Shown in pieces: positions 12,549 through 27,600 of a stretch of DNA of 64,000 bases. The notes beneath the pieces are model-generated. The model saw only the letters and a program-made list of their open reading frames with translations. It searched no databases and was not told the origin of the DNA. The stretch lies in the NCBI GenBank assembly GCA_012295275.1, contig CM022679.1:2046001-2110000 (forward strand), in the 5' to 3' direction. Every line of letters begins with the position of its first letter. Position 1 is the first letter of the stretch. Both the position numbers and the translations under genes were made by a program. The stretch comes from Chrysomallon squamiferum. Taxonomy: Eukaryota > Animalia > Mollusca.

Positions 12549-15500
12549 GCCCAGTGAAAAAATACCGCATCTACAAAATATTCTAAATGACTTAAGTTCG
12601 CAGTTTCTTGAAATGGTTCCTGTCCGAAAGATGAAATGGAAGGTATATGGCATATTTCTTTACAAATCTTTCTTTATTAAGTTAAATAGCTGGCGAGATA
12701 GTTCCCGAAAAATCTAATCGATTCACGATTGATGTCTGAACAGTCTCATTAGTCGTAATACTAACACTAGCAATAGTGGACTAGGTTTCCTGTTGATATA
12801 TGGAAATATATACAAGAGATTTGAGAAATTGTCAATGAAAAAATAATCTTCATTAAAAAAAAAAAATAACTGAACACAAAAAAACTCACGAAAAACAACA
12901 AAAAATCCAATAAAAAACACCTTCAAACAAACCAAAAACAGCTACAAAAAAAGAAAAAGAAAAAAAAAGAAGTAATATAAAATAATAATAACACGAAAAA
13001 AAAAGAGTACGTGAATTAGTTAATATTAAAAAAAACACTTTAAAATAAGAAAAAACAAAACAAACCAGATATTCTATGGAAATTAATATTTTACAAACTA
13101 AAATATCAAAATGTGGTTATTGTTATAAGATGACTGGTGTAATATGTACCTCAGCGGTTAATTAGCATATATATAAACATTATTATTTCTATGACAATCC
13201 TTATCAGTTATTACCAACAGGGTTCATACACTATGGGCTGTCAGAATTTCCATAACTTTTCTAAAACTTTCCACAGCCCACAAATCCAAATTTCCAAAAC
13301 CATTTCCTTGCAAACTGAATCACATTAAAGTGGTTTTTTCCATATTTTCCATTTAAAATTAATTAATTTTAAAGATATTAATGGACAACAATAATTGTTT
13401 TCTTTAATCTGTAATTAGTGATTTATATTTCTTAATAATTTTTTATTTTTTTAAGTAACAAATACAAAGACAATTTTAAAATTAAAAAAAAAAAACAACA
13501 CAAAATAAAATGAAGAATGAAAATTTTAACTTTAATAATCACCTCTTCTGCTCAGTAGGCCTGCAGTATAACAGTTATATTGATTTTTATATAAATTACC
13601 TTTTAAACTGTGTATTAAAATACATTTTCTTTTTTGTACATGTGTATTTTGTTTTATATCATCAAGTTTTATAGTCTTCATGAATAAACAGTGTTTTTTA
13701 ACTGAAAATTTCAACAGTTTTTATTAATATTTTTTATTAGTATACATTTTATTATTTTTATACAGTGATTTCTTTCTAGTGCACTTTTTTCAGCAAATTC
13801 AAAATTAAACTCATAATTTTGTTTATTATGTTTAACAAGTTAACTTACTTTTTAATATTGACACCGTCTCCCGTGAAATCTTTTTCTAGTCTTTCTCTGT
13901 GAGTCGTATTTTCCTTTTTAATATTATCTCTTGTAGTTAATTTTTCGTAACTACGTGACGTTTGCGTATTTATTTTGCCTTCCATTTTTATTTAATTTTC
14001 CCTCACTTTTATTTAAAAAACGAGCAGGAGGGTTCCAGGTTGCTTAAAAACAAAGTCGTTTTGAAATATAAGTAATTACTATGATTTTAAATATCGTTTT
14101 AACTTGAAAACAAATCTAGACAAAACTTATTTTTACCCGCTATGACTTTTAAACAGAAAAAGTAAAATATGTGTTTTTTATCACAATCTTTATCACCTCC
14201 AAAAAATTGGGAATGTTCCGGTGGAATTCTCGACTGCAAAACCTGAAGAATAGCACCGATTAATTATTTATTATATTATATAAGTATCTTTTAAAATTAT
14301 TATTATTATTATTTTGTTGATATTATTATTATTTTTGTCTAATATAATTTCAGCTTCATTTTAGGTTGAATTGGATTTCACTATTTGAACATTTAAATGG
14401 ACCAGAATATTTTGGCCCGTAACAATACCGAAAATAACGCTGATACGAATGTCGTAAAACTAACGCTTTCGACTTACTCAAGTTATGATTATAATAAAAA
14501 TACATACTAATATATTTTTCACAGTCGTAAGACATTTCGATACCCAAAACATTATTAAAATAGACTGTCCTCTTTAAGCAGAGAAAAATATTTATGAAAC
14601 GCGCCAAGCAACATTTCGCAATTTACCTCCCCTCGCACCCCCAAAAATTAGAGCATAAAAATTTCGGAGTTCAGTTATCTAAATTAAAATACTTTATTTA
14701 TTTATTTACAAACACGGGTTATATAATTATTTCTATACCTATATTTCAAACTTACAAGTTGAACAAACTTAATGTATGTATGTATGTTTCATTTAGCGAA
14801 TAAAAACATTTTACAAGGCGTGAGTAAAAGTTGCGTATTTTTTCATTGTTAACGTACGGCAAATGAGGGAATTATTGTTTTTATCCCCAAGGGACGTATT
14901 TATTTATTTCATTATTTATTTATTTTATTTATTTATTTGGCGGAAATTTCTTATCAAATTTGCGTTCGCATTTTTTTATCTATTATTATTATTATTTCAA
15001 ACATTGATTTAAAATTATTTTCTTCATCATGTTTATTTTATTATGATTATGGTTATTTGTTATTATTATTTATTTATTAATTTTTATTCTTTAAATATAT
15101 TATTACGTTATTATTATTAATTTTTTTCTAATTTTTTTTTTTTTTTTTTCAGAATTCAAATTTTAAATGTCAAAGCAACTGATTTAGAAATTATTTTTAT
15201 TTTTATTTATTTTAATTTTCATAGAATGAAGAAGCTGCATCACTGGTTGCTGCACCAGACATACAGCGTGAGGTTCTGCGAGTGACAGTTAACCACCCAG
15301 TATGTCGAATCTATTCACCTTCATTAAGCTACAAGCGACATTTCATGAAGCAACTGATTCAAAGGGTAACTATCTTGTTATTAAACTTCAAATCAGTGAC
15401 ATTTCTTGAATATAATATATATTATTAAGTAGTGTGTAGTTGGAAATTAACTATTATTGAAATTCTAAACTTATTTTATAATTTACTTCATTTGATTATT

Positions 15501-18500
15501 ATCAAATTAATGGTATTATTAAAATTTTCCTGGTATATTAGTAAATTAATTAAATATCATTTTTATGCTACATCTGCTTTTAAATTAATTGTATGTTTAT
15601 TATCAAAGTAATGGTATGATTATTATGATTTTCATGGTTTCTTACTAAATTAATGGTATGTTTGTCATGATTTTCATGGTATATATACTATCAAATTTAT
15701 GGTATCATTTTCACTGTATGTTAATATCAAATTAATATTATGATTATTATGATTTTAAAAACTATTTTATTTTTAATATAAATTTAAAATCATAAAAGCA
15801 ATTTTAAGAAAATACTGGAAATGTTTATATGCAAAATGTGTCCTGTAACACTACATTTCTTTATGATTTATTTATAAATCCATAATAGAATGAACAATCT
15901 TATTAACATAAATAATTATTATTCTTTTATTATAAATTATTTTTACTTACATGTCAACATGTATAAGAAATCTGGATCAAAATAAACTCTAAGTCTTTTA
16001 AAAAATATATTTTAAAGTATCTAATTAAAAAAAGGACAACTGAAAATAACAACCAAAAAAACATGGATTACAGATACATACACAGATTATTCTTTCCTAT
16101 TTGTGTTTTTTTGGTTTTTTTAAACAGTATTAACTGTCAGATCTATATAGTGATAACATGAACAGTTATATATTTTATTAATTGGTTTTTCAGTTAGAGG
16201 AGTTTGAGGCTGATATTTGTGATGAGGTGTATGAAACATACACGGAACTTCTGTCACAGAAAGAAGAAGAAGATGACACGCTGTGTTTTAAAACTTACTC
16301 AATGGTTAGTTACACGAAGTCAGACATTTTTAATTTATTGTTGTTATTATTATTGTTACTTTTATTTTATTGTTGTTATTTTCATCCTTAATATAATTAT
16401 TATCATCACTTTTCATCATTCTTCTTTTTATTATTATTACTAATTTTGTTTTTAAAGACTGATTAATACGTATAATGTTTTGCTTATATTTACATTTTCA
16501 ACTAGATTCTTAAAACAGTTTAAAACTTTGAGAGAGGTTATAATTTTTTTAGTTTTTTTATCTTACATGCAGTATTTATACTGTTTTGTTTGTATTTTGT
16601 CTGTAACAGGCAGATGGAGAACAGATCTCTTTACAAGAATCAGTACACTTGGTTTCTCAGGGAACAACTGGACTGAGCACCTGGCAGGTAAGTCACCTGC
16701 AGTTATTAAAAGAATAAAAGGATGACTGACTGGATGAATGGAATGAAGAAAGAATGAATGAATGGAAGAAAGGGAGATATTTACAAAAATTAGTGAATTA
16801 AAAAAAAAAATGAAGGAAGGAAAGAACTTTTCCCAGCCTTTTTTTTAAAAACATTTTGAAAACAAATAAAAAGATTAAAAAAATAAAATATAAATGTTAA
16901 ATAATAATTTTTGATTGTTTGAATGTTTCAGGCAGCACAGCAGCTGGCTGAGTGGATTCATGAAAACCCAGAAGTTGTTTACGATAAGTAAGTCAAACCT
17001 GAACCTATTAACTTGTTATTATTGTGTGTGTATCAGTATGTGTATTGTTTATGTATGTTTGCATTTCCTCAGGGCTGGTGGCCTGTAGCAAACAAAAGTA
17101 TCTGTTGTTTCATTTTACTTTGAACAGTTAGTATCAAATTGGGTTTTGATTTTATTTTGTTTTATTTTTAAAAAATATATATCTAAGAATAAATTACTTT
17201 TAATGATATGTTGTTTATTAAGAGTTGAATATTTATGAAATAATTAATAATGACTTTTTGTTTTTAGAAATATACTGGAGCTGGGTTGTGGTCTTGGTTT
17301 GACAGGAATCATGGTGTGTCGCCAGTGTGCGGAGAGGCTAAAAAGTTACATTTTTAGTGACTGTCACCCTCAGGTCCTCTACCTCCTCGCCAAAAACATC
17401 CAGCAGAATCTTGCTCATGGTGCTCTGAAGTCGTCCAACTTCGGAACAAACAGAGACCGGTCAATAATGCGCAAAATACGTCGCCAGCTCAGTCTCACCA
17501 CCGACATTGGGAGTGACAGCGGCATCAGTGCAGAGAACTCGGCTGTCACGTCACCTGAGGTGGCCCCGGAAGTGACGAGCTTTGACGATGACGAGATTCA
17601 ACTGGATATTGAGTACTTAGATCTCGATGTCAAGTACTGGAAGATGGATGACACGCGACTGATGGGCAGACTGAAGAAAGACGACAGAGTGGGACTCGCA
17701 AAGATTGACTGGGAGTGTCTCGACAAACATCTTCTCAACAAACTGAATGTTGATGTTGTGTTGGCTGCAGGTAGGGATTGATGGATGGATGATTGGTTAG
17801 ATGAATGGTTATGTGGATGGATGAATGATTCAGTTTATGGAAGCCAAATCCTTGTTTGACGAGAAGCAAAAGGAAACCCATTCACTGAGCTACTCACATC
17901 AACTGTTAACAAGATATTTTTGTTAGGAGCATCTTCTCAGAGACTCAAAAGCACATGCACAGCTGTTGATAAATCATTTATAGGTTTTTATATCGTATGA
18001 AACAGCCTTATGAAGAAACATAACATTTAGTCTTGTGCGAAGCTTAACTATTAAACTGCAGTTGATTTCCAAGTTATTTGCTAAATGAAGTAATACTTTT
18101 TATTAGTGTATGATTAAATATATATCTAATATTGTTTTAATACATTTTTTTTTTTTTTTTCTACTCCAGTAAGATAAATGTTTATTTTCTGCAGATGTGA
18201 TCTATGACATCACTATCATACCTGCCCTCGTCTCATTACTTCAGCAGTTGTTGTCTCTCAATTCCGAATCTAGTCCTGTCGCCTACATCTCATCCACTGT
18301 TCGCGAAGACACACGAGACAGTTTTCTGATTGCTCTAGGTAAGTGTTTTTACAATCAGTTGTTTCCTAGTCAGTATCCAGACACTTTGACATCACAACCA
18401 GTCCAACAGTAACGTTGAACACTTCTGTTCTTTTTAATTAGAGCTTTTTGGACTTTTACTTTATGTAGTAAAATTATAAATCTGTTATAAAAGCTTGGAA

Positions 18501-18801
18501 ACAACCATTTTACATTTTTCTATTTATATTCTTTGCATTTTAAGCAGAGATCAATCTGAATTTCACGAAGATAAAATCTGCTAAAAAGAATTATGCTTTA
18601 AGTTATCATTGTTTAAGCTAGAATGACCATTAATCCAAAACTGCAGTGTAACCATTTCTGCTAGATGCTTCATTTTATTTTATTTTTTTAGGCAGTGAAG
18701 GTCTGACCTATACCATCATGGACCCACCAAAGAATGAGATTTTTCACTACGACAGATCCGTACCCATTGAGATTCTCAAAGTTTGCCTTCAGAAGAAATG
18801 A
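12541..18801 (+). CDS. EEF2KMT: Protein-lysine N-methyltransferase EEF2KMT (FAM86A/Efm3 family), 8 exons, 414 aa
   Basis: Exons 12541-12642, 15225-15365, 16194-16304, 16610-16687, 16932-16987, 17268-17770, 18195-18338 and 18692-18801 total 1245 nt. The FAM86 N-domain (TVNHPVCRIYSPSLSYKRHFMKQLI) is followed by seven-beta-strand methyltransferase motifs GTTGLSTWQAAQQLAEW, ILELGCGLGLTG, YIFSDCHPQVL, IDW and DVVLAADVIYD. Confidence 0.93.
13218..13310 (+). mobile_element. Possible terminal fragment of a non-autonomous DNA transposon/MITE in EEF2KMT intron 1
   Basis: CAGGGTTCATACAC is followed by subterminal TTTCCA..ACTTTTC-type short repeats, resembling the ends of CAGGG-terminated animal DNA elements. 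No matching opposite end or target-site duplication was found nearby. Confidence 0.3.
15498..15757. repeat. Degenerate ~40-bp tandem repeat in EEF2KMT intron 2
   Basis: The motif ATCAAATTAATGGTAT...GATTTTCATGGT recurs. Confidence 0.6.
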
Positions 18802-18843
18802 ACTCTGAACAGTATTAAATACAGGAGCACTAATCAAATGCCT

Positions 18844-19082
18844 TGTCTGAAACATAAATTGTGTGTTAAATTTAAATGTGATGTCGGAAACAGAAGTCAT
18901 TATGTTAACTTTAAATGTGATCTCAGAAACAGAATTTGTAATGTTAACTTAAATGCGATGTCTGAAACAGAATTTGTAATGTTAATTTTAAATGTGGTGT
19001 ATGTAGCAGAATTTGTGGTTTTAACTTTAAATATGATCTTTAAAACAAAATAAATGAGATTAAGTCTGTTCTCTGAAACACA
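18844..19082. repeat. Degenerate ~38-39-bp tandem repeat at the start of the EEF2KMT 3'UTR
   Basis: The unit resembles TGTCTGAAACAGAATTTGTAATGTTAACTTTAAATGTGA, with about 5-6 copies. Confidence 0.75.
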
Positions 19083-22000
19083 ATATTAATTTAATATTTT
19101 AAAAACCCAGATTCATGTTGTTATTGTTTCCTGAGTGACCCTGTGTACAAAAATACAATGTAATTTCTTTTTATTGTATGGTGTTAATTTTCAGAATATC
19201 ATTTCCAGAATTTGCTAGTTATCTTTCTGCAAATTGAGTCTTCTTCTGCCATATGGCAATTAATTGTATAGTTCATCATCTGTTGTTAGAAAAGTTATTA
19301 TTATAGATATATACTGCATCCAAGCATGTTATTAGAACTGAAAGTTTATTTATATAAGTAAATATATTCAAATACCACCACTAATATTACAAGGATGATG
19401 ATGATGACAGTGATGATCCTTATAGGAAGAACGTTTTTTCAGACGTTTAAATACATTTTGACAAATGTATGGATTTTTATCAGTTAAATGTAAGTAATTA
19501 TTGGAATTTAATTATTTTTGATGTTATGCAGTGTGTAATTCATTCAGTCATGAAGGAGATGTACAGTGTAGATTTTTAAAACACAGAATTTTTTTTCTTT
19601 CAGATGTATATGTTTTTGGCCATTTTAATGCTGTTCTAGATTTTTCTGAAGCAATGTCTGAGTGTCTGTGTGATGTCAGATTGTGTATTACTTATTTAAT
19701 AATATGCATATTTTATTATTTATAACAAGCTGCCAAACTGCCATGAGATTATTTACATTGATGTTGTTATTTTCTATTAATGGCCAAAATTATTCATTTA
19801 AAATTTTACAATCTTTTGTCGTTAGATTATTGTTGTGTATAATTAAGAAAAAATATTTAAATGGCATAAATTATTATTTTTTATATTGATGTTTTACTCT
19901 CTGAAATTAAAACTTACATAGATCCATAGATGCTTGGTGATTCCCTGACTTGTTTTTTTAAATTAAACAGCTTATGTTATCATGTCTGTGCAACACACTA
20001 CTCCTGTATATGGTGTGCTCTGACCTGGGTATTTTTGACCAATTCAGTGTTTTGCAAAACAATTCATCTACATAAATTTGGGAGTGTCTGAAATTGTAAA
20101 TATTATTTAAATAATTGCCCTACTGTATAATTATTAAATCCCATTAAACTTTGATTTGCAAACAAGACCAGACATCATGATTGGTTAAAGAACATGTTTA
20201 GCTGGTATCACAGTGACCAATCAGAATGCTGTTTATAATCATATGATGTGTTTTTATTTTAAAAACCTTGCTGCCACAAGCAAAACATATTCTGTGGAGT
20301 AGAGAGCAATGTAAAGTGTAATGGTATTGACAGAGCTTTAATGTTTTAAAAAAATAGTTTTTGTTGTTGAACTTTTGTAATGTTGTTTGAGGTGAGTGTT
20401 GAAGATAACAAGGTTCAATGTTATCATTTTTATTTTTTCTTGTTACGATTTTTTGAAATATTAATTGATCTGTTGTTTAACTGGTAATTATTAAGTGTAT
20501 GATGTATCTGATTAAGGTATTTAAATATATAAGATTTTTAATTTGTGTATTTATTTTGAATATATAAATTTTGAAATTATTTTCAATTTTTGTTAAATTA
20601 AATTTATAAATAATTTTTTATTTTATAAGCAGACGATACTAATATGTGTTAAATTATTTCAGAACAGAAATATGTTTATGTGCTTGTTCTACATTTTATT
20701 TCTGAAATACACAAAGAAGGTATGCTTTATATATTTAAAAAGTTGCTCCTTTAACTTCATCTGATAGAAGAAAACAGCTTTAACCTTTATTTTCCAGACT
20801 AGAAGTGGTGTTGTTATTTTCAAGGTTTTGTTATCTAGGATGTTGTTTGTGAATTAACAACTGTTGCTCAAAAAGAGTTGAACAGATATAAAAAAAAAAA
20901 AAGTGTTTGCCTGTGGACACATTCCAAAATAAATGCTATAAACAGATGATCTGTTTTAATTTTCTGTTAATCAGAAACAAGGTGGACAGTATATTATGTA
21001 TTGATGTGATATAATATCAATTCAGCATATTTCAACTTTTTAACAGTAGATACAAATTTTCCTAGTTACTAAATACATTCTCTACTAGTCTAGGATCAGC
21101 TTACAGATGCAACGTTACCTGTCAGTATTCTCAATCATAGATGGTTAATTTTCTTTTTGTCATAACATCAGTTTATTACTGTTTGAAATTTATTTTAACA
21201 CTTAAAATAATTCTTAAATCTCATCATTGCCTAGCCCTGATTTTCATGATCATCCAGATGTTTTTTTCCATTGCATTTGGTAAATGATCACAGATTTAAA
21301 AAGAAAAACAAAATATGTAGAAGAATATTATACGTGATATTATGTCACAGTTGTTACCATATTAATTGTAAGACAGGAAATTGCTCTAAGTTTATATCTG
21401 AGACCATCTGTGCACAACAATTAATAGATTCAAAAGTATCGTAGCGTCTTTTGTTTTTCATTTTTTTTTTAAATGTCAGTTTTTCATGATACAGAAAAAT
21501 TATCACTCATTGAAGCATCACTCAGCACTTAGCTCTGAAAAGAACCCATTTAAAATGTTCAAATTTTTATATCAATCTTTCTATTTGTAAATTGTAAATT
21601 GATATATACTAGTTGCAGACCACTGTCAGCAATGGTACAGAAACAACAAGACAACCAGTGATCATAAAACTGTGTTTATTCTGCTGGTGATAACAATAAT
21701 CTGGTATCTAAACTGTGATATTTCAAAAATTGAGATGAAACTATGTAATAATTATTATGCCTGGGACATTCCATGCGAACACAATAATCTTGATAAAAAC
21801 GGTTTAAAATAAAAAATAAAATCACATTTCTGTTTTACATAAATAAAAACTGAAAACGTGTAACTTAATACCTTCTCATTTTTTATTTTTTTTTATATGC
21901 GAGTCATAATTTTGAGATTACGATGAAATGTTTCACGACAAAACATTTTGCTGATTTTATTATGTTCCCCAGTATACAGAAATAAATGTTCTGAATGCTT

Positions 22001-24471
22001 GCATACTCATGAACATAAGAAAATCATAGAGCTGACTATCAGCAGATTACAATAAAGTATCGAGGATATCTTACTGATTTTATAATGTTCACAAGTATAC
22101 TCAAGAAACAGAATGAACAATGTGTGTATACTCGTGAACATGAGAAAATCAAATAGCTGACTAATACTATCAGCAGTCTCTCACCAATACAATGGGCAGA
22201 CAATTCTCATGGACCGACTGTTAAAAAGATAAATCTAGTTTCTAAAGGGAGGTAATTCAAATATTGTAATTCATAAAGGGAGATAATGTCAGTCTAACTT
22301 TTTCTAGGGGAGATGTAATAATAATAATGGGCAGTGACAAGCAGAAAAATAATAATATTTGTGGTAAAATATACTTACACTTAATATTGCAATTAACAAT
22401 GATGAAGTTAACGTATACAAAGAAATTATAAAAACCAGAAAAAATCATTATTGCATTAAATTCCTACAAAAGAAAAATATTTTTTGGCCACAATCTTTCT
22501 TCAATTTCAAAATACATTTAATCCTTGCTTAGCGAACTCACAAAATGTCTCAGAGAACAGTGTTAAAAAAGAAATATCTGAACATTTAATAACTTCATAT
22601 CAACATACATGCAGTTACTATAAAACATTGAGGCCAAAATGTCTCAGTGTATACAAACGAGACATTTTAGTCTTTCTGTTATTAAATCACTGAAACCAGT
22701 TGCCTAACAAAAATTGCAGTCACTGTTGCACAGCAATATTTTCATGCCAGAAAATGTTATTTTATTTATTTATTATTTAATTTTTTACATGAAACTGAAC
22801 AAAATTTTCAAGTATCACCACCATCATCATAACTTTTATTATTAAAATGTCTTCGAAGAAATGGCAACTGCTTGAGAAAAACATTATCTTTTGATGAACT
22901 ATTAACAAAATTTTCTGATACAAAAGAATCAATCATGCATATTTTCAACAGCTTTTTGTTTGTTGCTTAAGAAATATATAAAAGCAAAGTATAAAAAAAA
23001 AAAAAAAAAAATTTCCCTAAAAAATGTAAACATGTGTATAATGGATAAATAAATAAATAAAAAGAACATTGACCCTCTCCAATCCCTAAGAGAAATAGAA
23101 AAAAACAGAAAAAGAAACAGCCATCATAAACCATTTATCTTTAGAATGAATGCAGAGTGTGTTCTGAATGAAAAACACTTCATGATAGCTTCAACTAGCA
23201 CAAAGCCATTTTTACACAGCTTATGTATATAAAAAACAAACCATCTGCAACAAGTGCTCAACACCATTAACAGATATGTGTTAATAAAGCCCTGCTAATA
23301 AAATATCAATATATGATTTCTGTTTACATTTTCATAAAAGAATGAATTAGTGAAAAGAAAAAATGGCTTGAAGCAACTGATAAAAGAACAGTGAGATTTC
23401 TAAAATGTAAAAGCATTAAATCTTACTTCTGATAAAAAGAGTTCATTCTTTTAATGATTTTTTTCAAAACTGTTTTTTAATTTCAAAGATGCATATCATT
23501 AATAAAAACAGATTACAAATAAAGAAATAAAAAAATAATTAAAATATTTTATTTATTATTATTTTGTTGTTGCTGTTGAAAAAAAATTAATAATAATAAT
23601 AGTAATACAGCTATGAATGAGAGAAGTATCAAATACTGATATGCAAACACACACATTTATCAGACCCTGTTTTCACAGTTTGTGACAATGCCTGAGTATT
23701 AAGTGTACATAAATCATACATCTATCAGTGACAATGAAGAAACATAAATCTCATTCTGCATCTTTAAATAAAAATAACACCTAGTAAAAGATGATTTTTC
23801 CATTTATCAGGCTTTTCAAAAATATTTATTTTGATTAGGATATGTAGCAAGGTTGTTCAGGCCATGCCATTTAAAAATCTGGTTTTCAGGCTGGCCAATA
23901 TTTGATTGACAGTTGTTTCAAAAACTAATGCAGTTTGAGGTATGGCTGTTGAGTGATTTTCACTGGATAATGGTTACTGAATAATAACTATTAAATATTA
24001 ATTCACATTTTCTGCACAGCAACAGTATATATCTTTTCTACAAGCGAAATAAAATTCCAGCAACTGTATGAAAGAAAACTGCACTGAAAATAAGGGAATT
24101 GAAATGTATTTGAAAACAAAGTATGAAATGATACAAAGCCACTTAACATGAAACAGAAATAAAAATATTTAAAATTAAAATTTTAAAACAAAAACATGCA
24201 AAGTCCAAATAGCAAGGAATGTAAAGTATCTCAAAAACAAGTTTAAAAAATACTCTAAAAACAGAAGAAAAAAATAACTATACAAAATAAAAACATTCTA
24301 AAAAATAACAAAAATATTTATAAAAACATGTTGTGAACCCCTGAAGTAAAGTGACTGTGTAACAACAAAACATCTCTATCAGTCTGTCTCAGGATTTATC
24401 TCAAGTAACGTATCACTTCCAAAGATTTTGAAGAAAATGTTACCAAATACTGTAGCTGGACAAAATGATGA

Positions 24472-24615
24472 AACTTCAGTGCTAGTTTTTATTACCAGTA
24501 ACAATACTACTTCAGTGCCGGTTTATTATTAGTAACAAGACTACTACAGATACAACTACTTCAGTGCTAGTTTTTATTACAAGTAACAATAATACCTCAG
24601 ATACAATATTACTTC
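24472..24615. repeat. Short degenerate tandem repeat
   Basis: An ACTTCAGTGCTAGTTTTTATTAC.AGTAACAA-like unit occurs three times. Confidence 0.65.
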
Positions 24616-27600
24616 ATTGCCAGTTTTTGAGTTTATTACAGATGGCAGCAATAGTAAACACAACAAAGCTGCATTGTACAATGGTTCTGTATGATATTTC
24701 TTTTTTTATTATTATTATTATTTTTTTTTTTTATTTTTTTTTTTTTTTTGCCAACATATTAGGAGACAACAAACTTCCATGTATATATAAAAATAAATAA
24801 AAATTATATAACAGAAACATACAAACAGCTGGATAACATCTGTGGATCAGGAACTTACATTTTGTAGGCTGGCATTACGTTCTACATGTTATACAGTTTT
24901 AACCAAGTGTGAAGATAGTAATGTTATTTTTGTGATTTGTCTTAACTTAATTACACACACAGTTCACTGATGTCTTATCAAAAATGCCTGGATTTGTACA
25001 TGTTTTCCATTTTGGAAGTATGTGGATCTGGAAATACAAGGAAATAGTTGTAGAAGAAATTTAAACAGAAAACCCAGTCTTATTTGAAAGCACAACTTTT
25101 ACTCCCCACTCACACAGGTTTTTATGGAATATTATAAATAATTATACATGTGATATAAAGTGTATAAACTATCTAAGTTTACAAAACAAAACTATATCAC
25201 CATATCAACTGCTGAAACAGAATTCAGAATTTCAGAATTTTAATAAGGGGTCCTCAAATTGTAATTTATTGTGTGACTACAAGTTTTATTTGTCCAACCC
25301 ATAAATCACAGCTATGGACAAGGATGTATCTGTTAATAAATCACAGACTCTACAACAGAACATTTACTGCTATTTTAATGCAGACATGTGACTCTAACTA
25401 GTTACATTCCAAACCACAGTTACTTCAAGAGTTCACACTTTATGTAAAACATAGTAAAAAAAAAAAGTATGCAGTAACAAATGGTTCATACTTAACAGGT
25501 TCTACAAGAGAAACAAAAACTAATACTCTATGTTGAATGGACATCAGTAGAAAATATTTAATTTCTGACATTTGTGTTGGGGTAAACATAAAACAAATTC
25601 TCTACCTGCTGAGTTGAATGTGTTTTTTGTCTTTGATAAGCAGGTGAATTTATACTTGAGATCAAAGTTATCATGCACACAAATGGAATGCCTAAATGAT
25701 AATCTCGAAACTTCAGGGTTACAAAATATGAAAATAATATCAAGGTATTTTAAAGAAATACTAGTTTCATCACAAAAAAAAAAAAATAAAACTGATAAAA
25801 CATCCCATATCCAAAAGAAAATATCAGTAATAATAATAATAAAATTAACATATTAATAATAATACAACATTAATAATAACAATATTATTATTATTATTAT
25901 TATTATTTATTAATTAATACTATTTTATTATTGTTGAATCCAGTTATGCCAATCATTAAAGTATTAATACTATTATCAAGGACTTGATCAGAAATAAGTG
26001 TAAAATGTATTATCTTCACTTGATAAACATATCTATACAAGTATTAATTAAAACTCTTCTTAATGAACAATCAGACATATTTGATATTCTCAAAATATTT
26101 TATGCAATAAGAAATATTTTATGTAGTAGCAGTAGTAACTGTAACAATAATAATGGTAGTAGTAAAACTGAGATATTATCTACTTATTTAAAACATTTGG
26201 AATTTTAGAATTTAATTTCTTGACAGAAATATGTGTGTGTGTGTGTTTGTGTGTGTCTTTTGTTCTGTTGTTTGTTTTTTATCTTCCATTATCAAGGGTT
26301 TTCATAAAATGAGGAAAAGAGAGAGGATATACTGACCAAATAGTTAAACAAAATAACACTAAATTACAGAGTAGTCTGTTATTGTTAAAAACATCAAGCT
26401 GTGCTTGCACATTATGGCTGTATTAAGCACTGTTTATGAAAAAAACATTGTTAATAACATATATCTTATCATAAACAAAAAAATAGCTCTAACTACAAAC
26501 AAGATTAAATAAGATTTAAAATAATAATAATAATTGGGAAAAAAATAACAAAGAAATGAATCCTTTAAATTCTTGCTTTCAAAGCTCTGGATTAATGATT
26601 CTATCAGCATATTCAGTTACAGATTTGTCTGTAAAATTGTTTATTATAAACCCAACTAGACAAACTAAGAAAACTAAACACTTCTTTTTATATAAGAAAC
26701 TTTACATGTATTATAAACTATGAATACATATGTATGTATCTATGTATACATGTGTATGTGTGGGGTGTGTGTGTGTGTATTTATATATATATGTATGCAT
26801 ATATATATATATATATATATAAACACACACACACACATATATATAGATATAGATATACACACAGATATGTATATAGATACACACACGTATATGTGTGTAT
26901 GTATATAATGGTTATAATGAGTGTTTATATTAAGATATGTATATAAAATTGATTAATAGTGTCCTATGGACATTTTGATGACTAAATTAAAATGTAGGAG
27001 TATTTTGGTTGCAAAGATTGACCTCTTGTTTTGATTATATACTAGTAAATGCTAAACATCATTTTTCACTCTAATTTTAATCTGAAACAAAATCATACCT
27101 GTGACTTTAACAGCAAATAAAATAACACACATTACAAAACACGAGTTTCAAAAACACTGTAAAATGTACAAAAATAAATTCATAAATGTGAAAGACTAGT
27201 TTATCAAAATGTGAACATATCTATAAATATTCATCAGCTATAAATATTAATTAGATAATAAAAATAAAAAAAAAAGACCAAGAATTACATAATACCATCA
27301 TGTATTTGTAAACACATCTTTAAATGGCCATGGACTTTGACAGTTTAATGTAAAATTACTTGTAGTGTCTTGTAAAGTTCACAAATTATATATTAATAAT
27401 GTTAGTATCTGATCTAAATATATCCAGATATTTTATTCAATACACTTAAATATAATTATGCATATTGTAATATATATATATATATTTATATATATAAAAC
27501 CAAGAAGGGATCGTGTTCTTGTGTGGGGTGGGGATTTGCGCATGTTGCATATTTATACATGTAGGTATGTTTGCATGTTCATGCAAGTAGGAAGGTAAGC

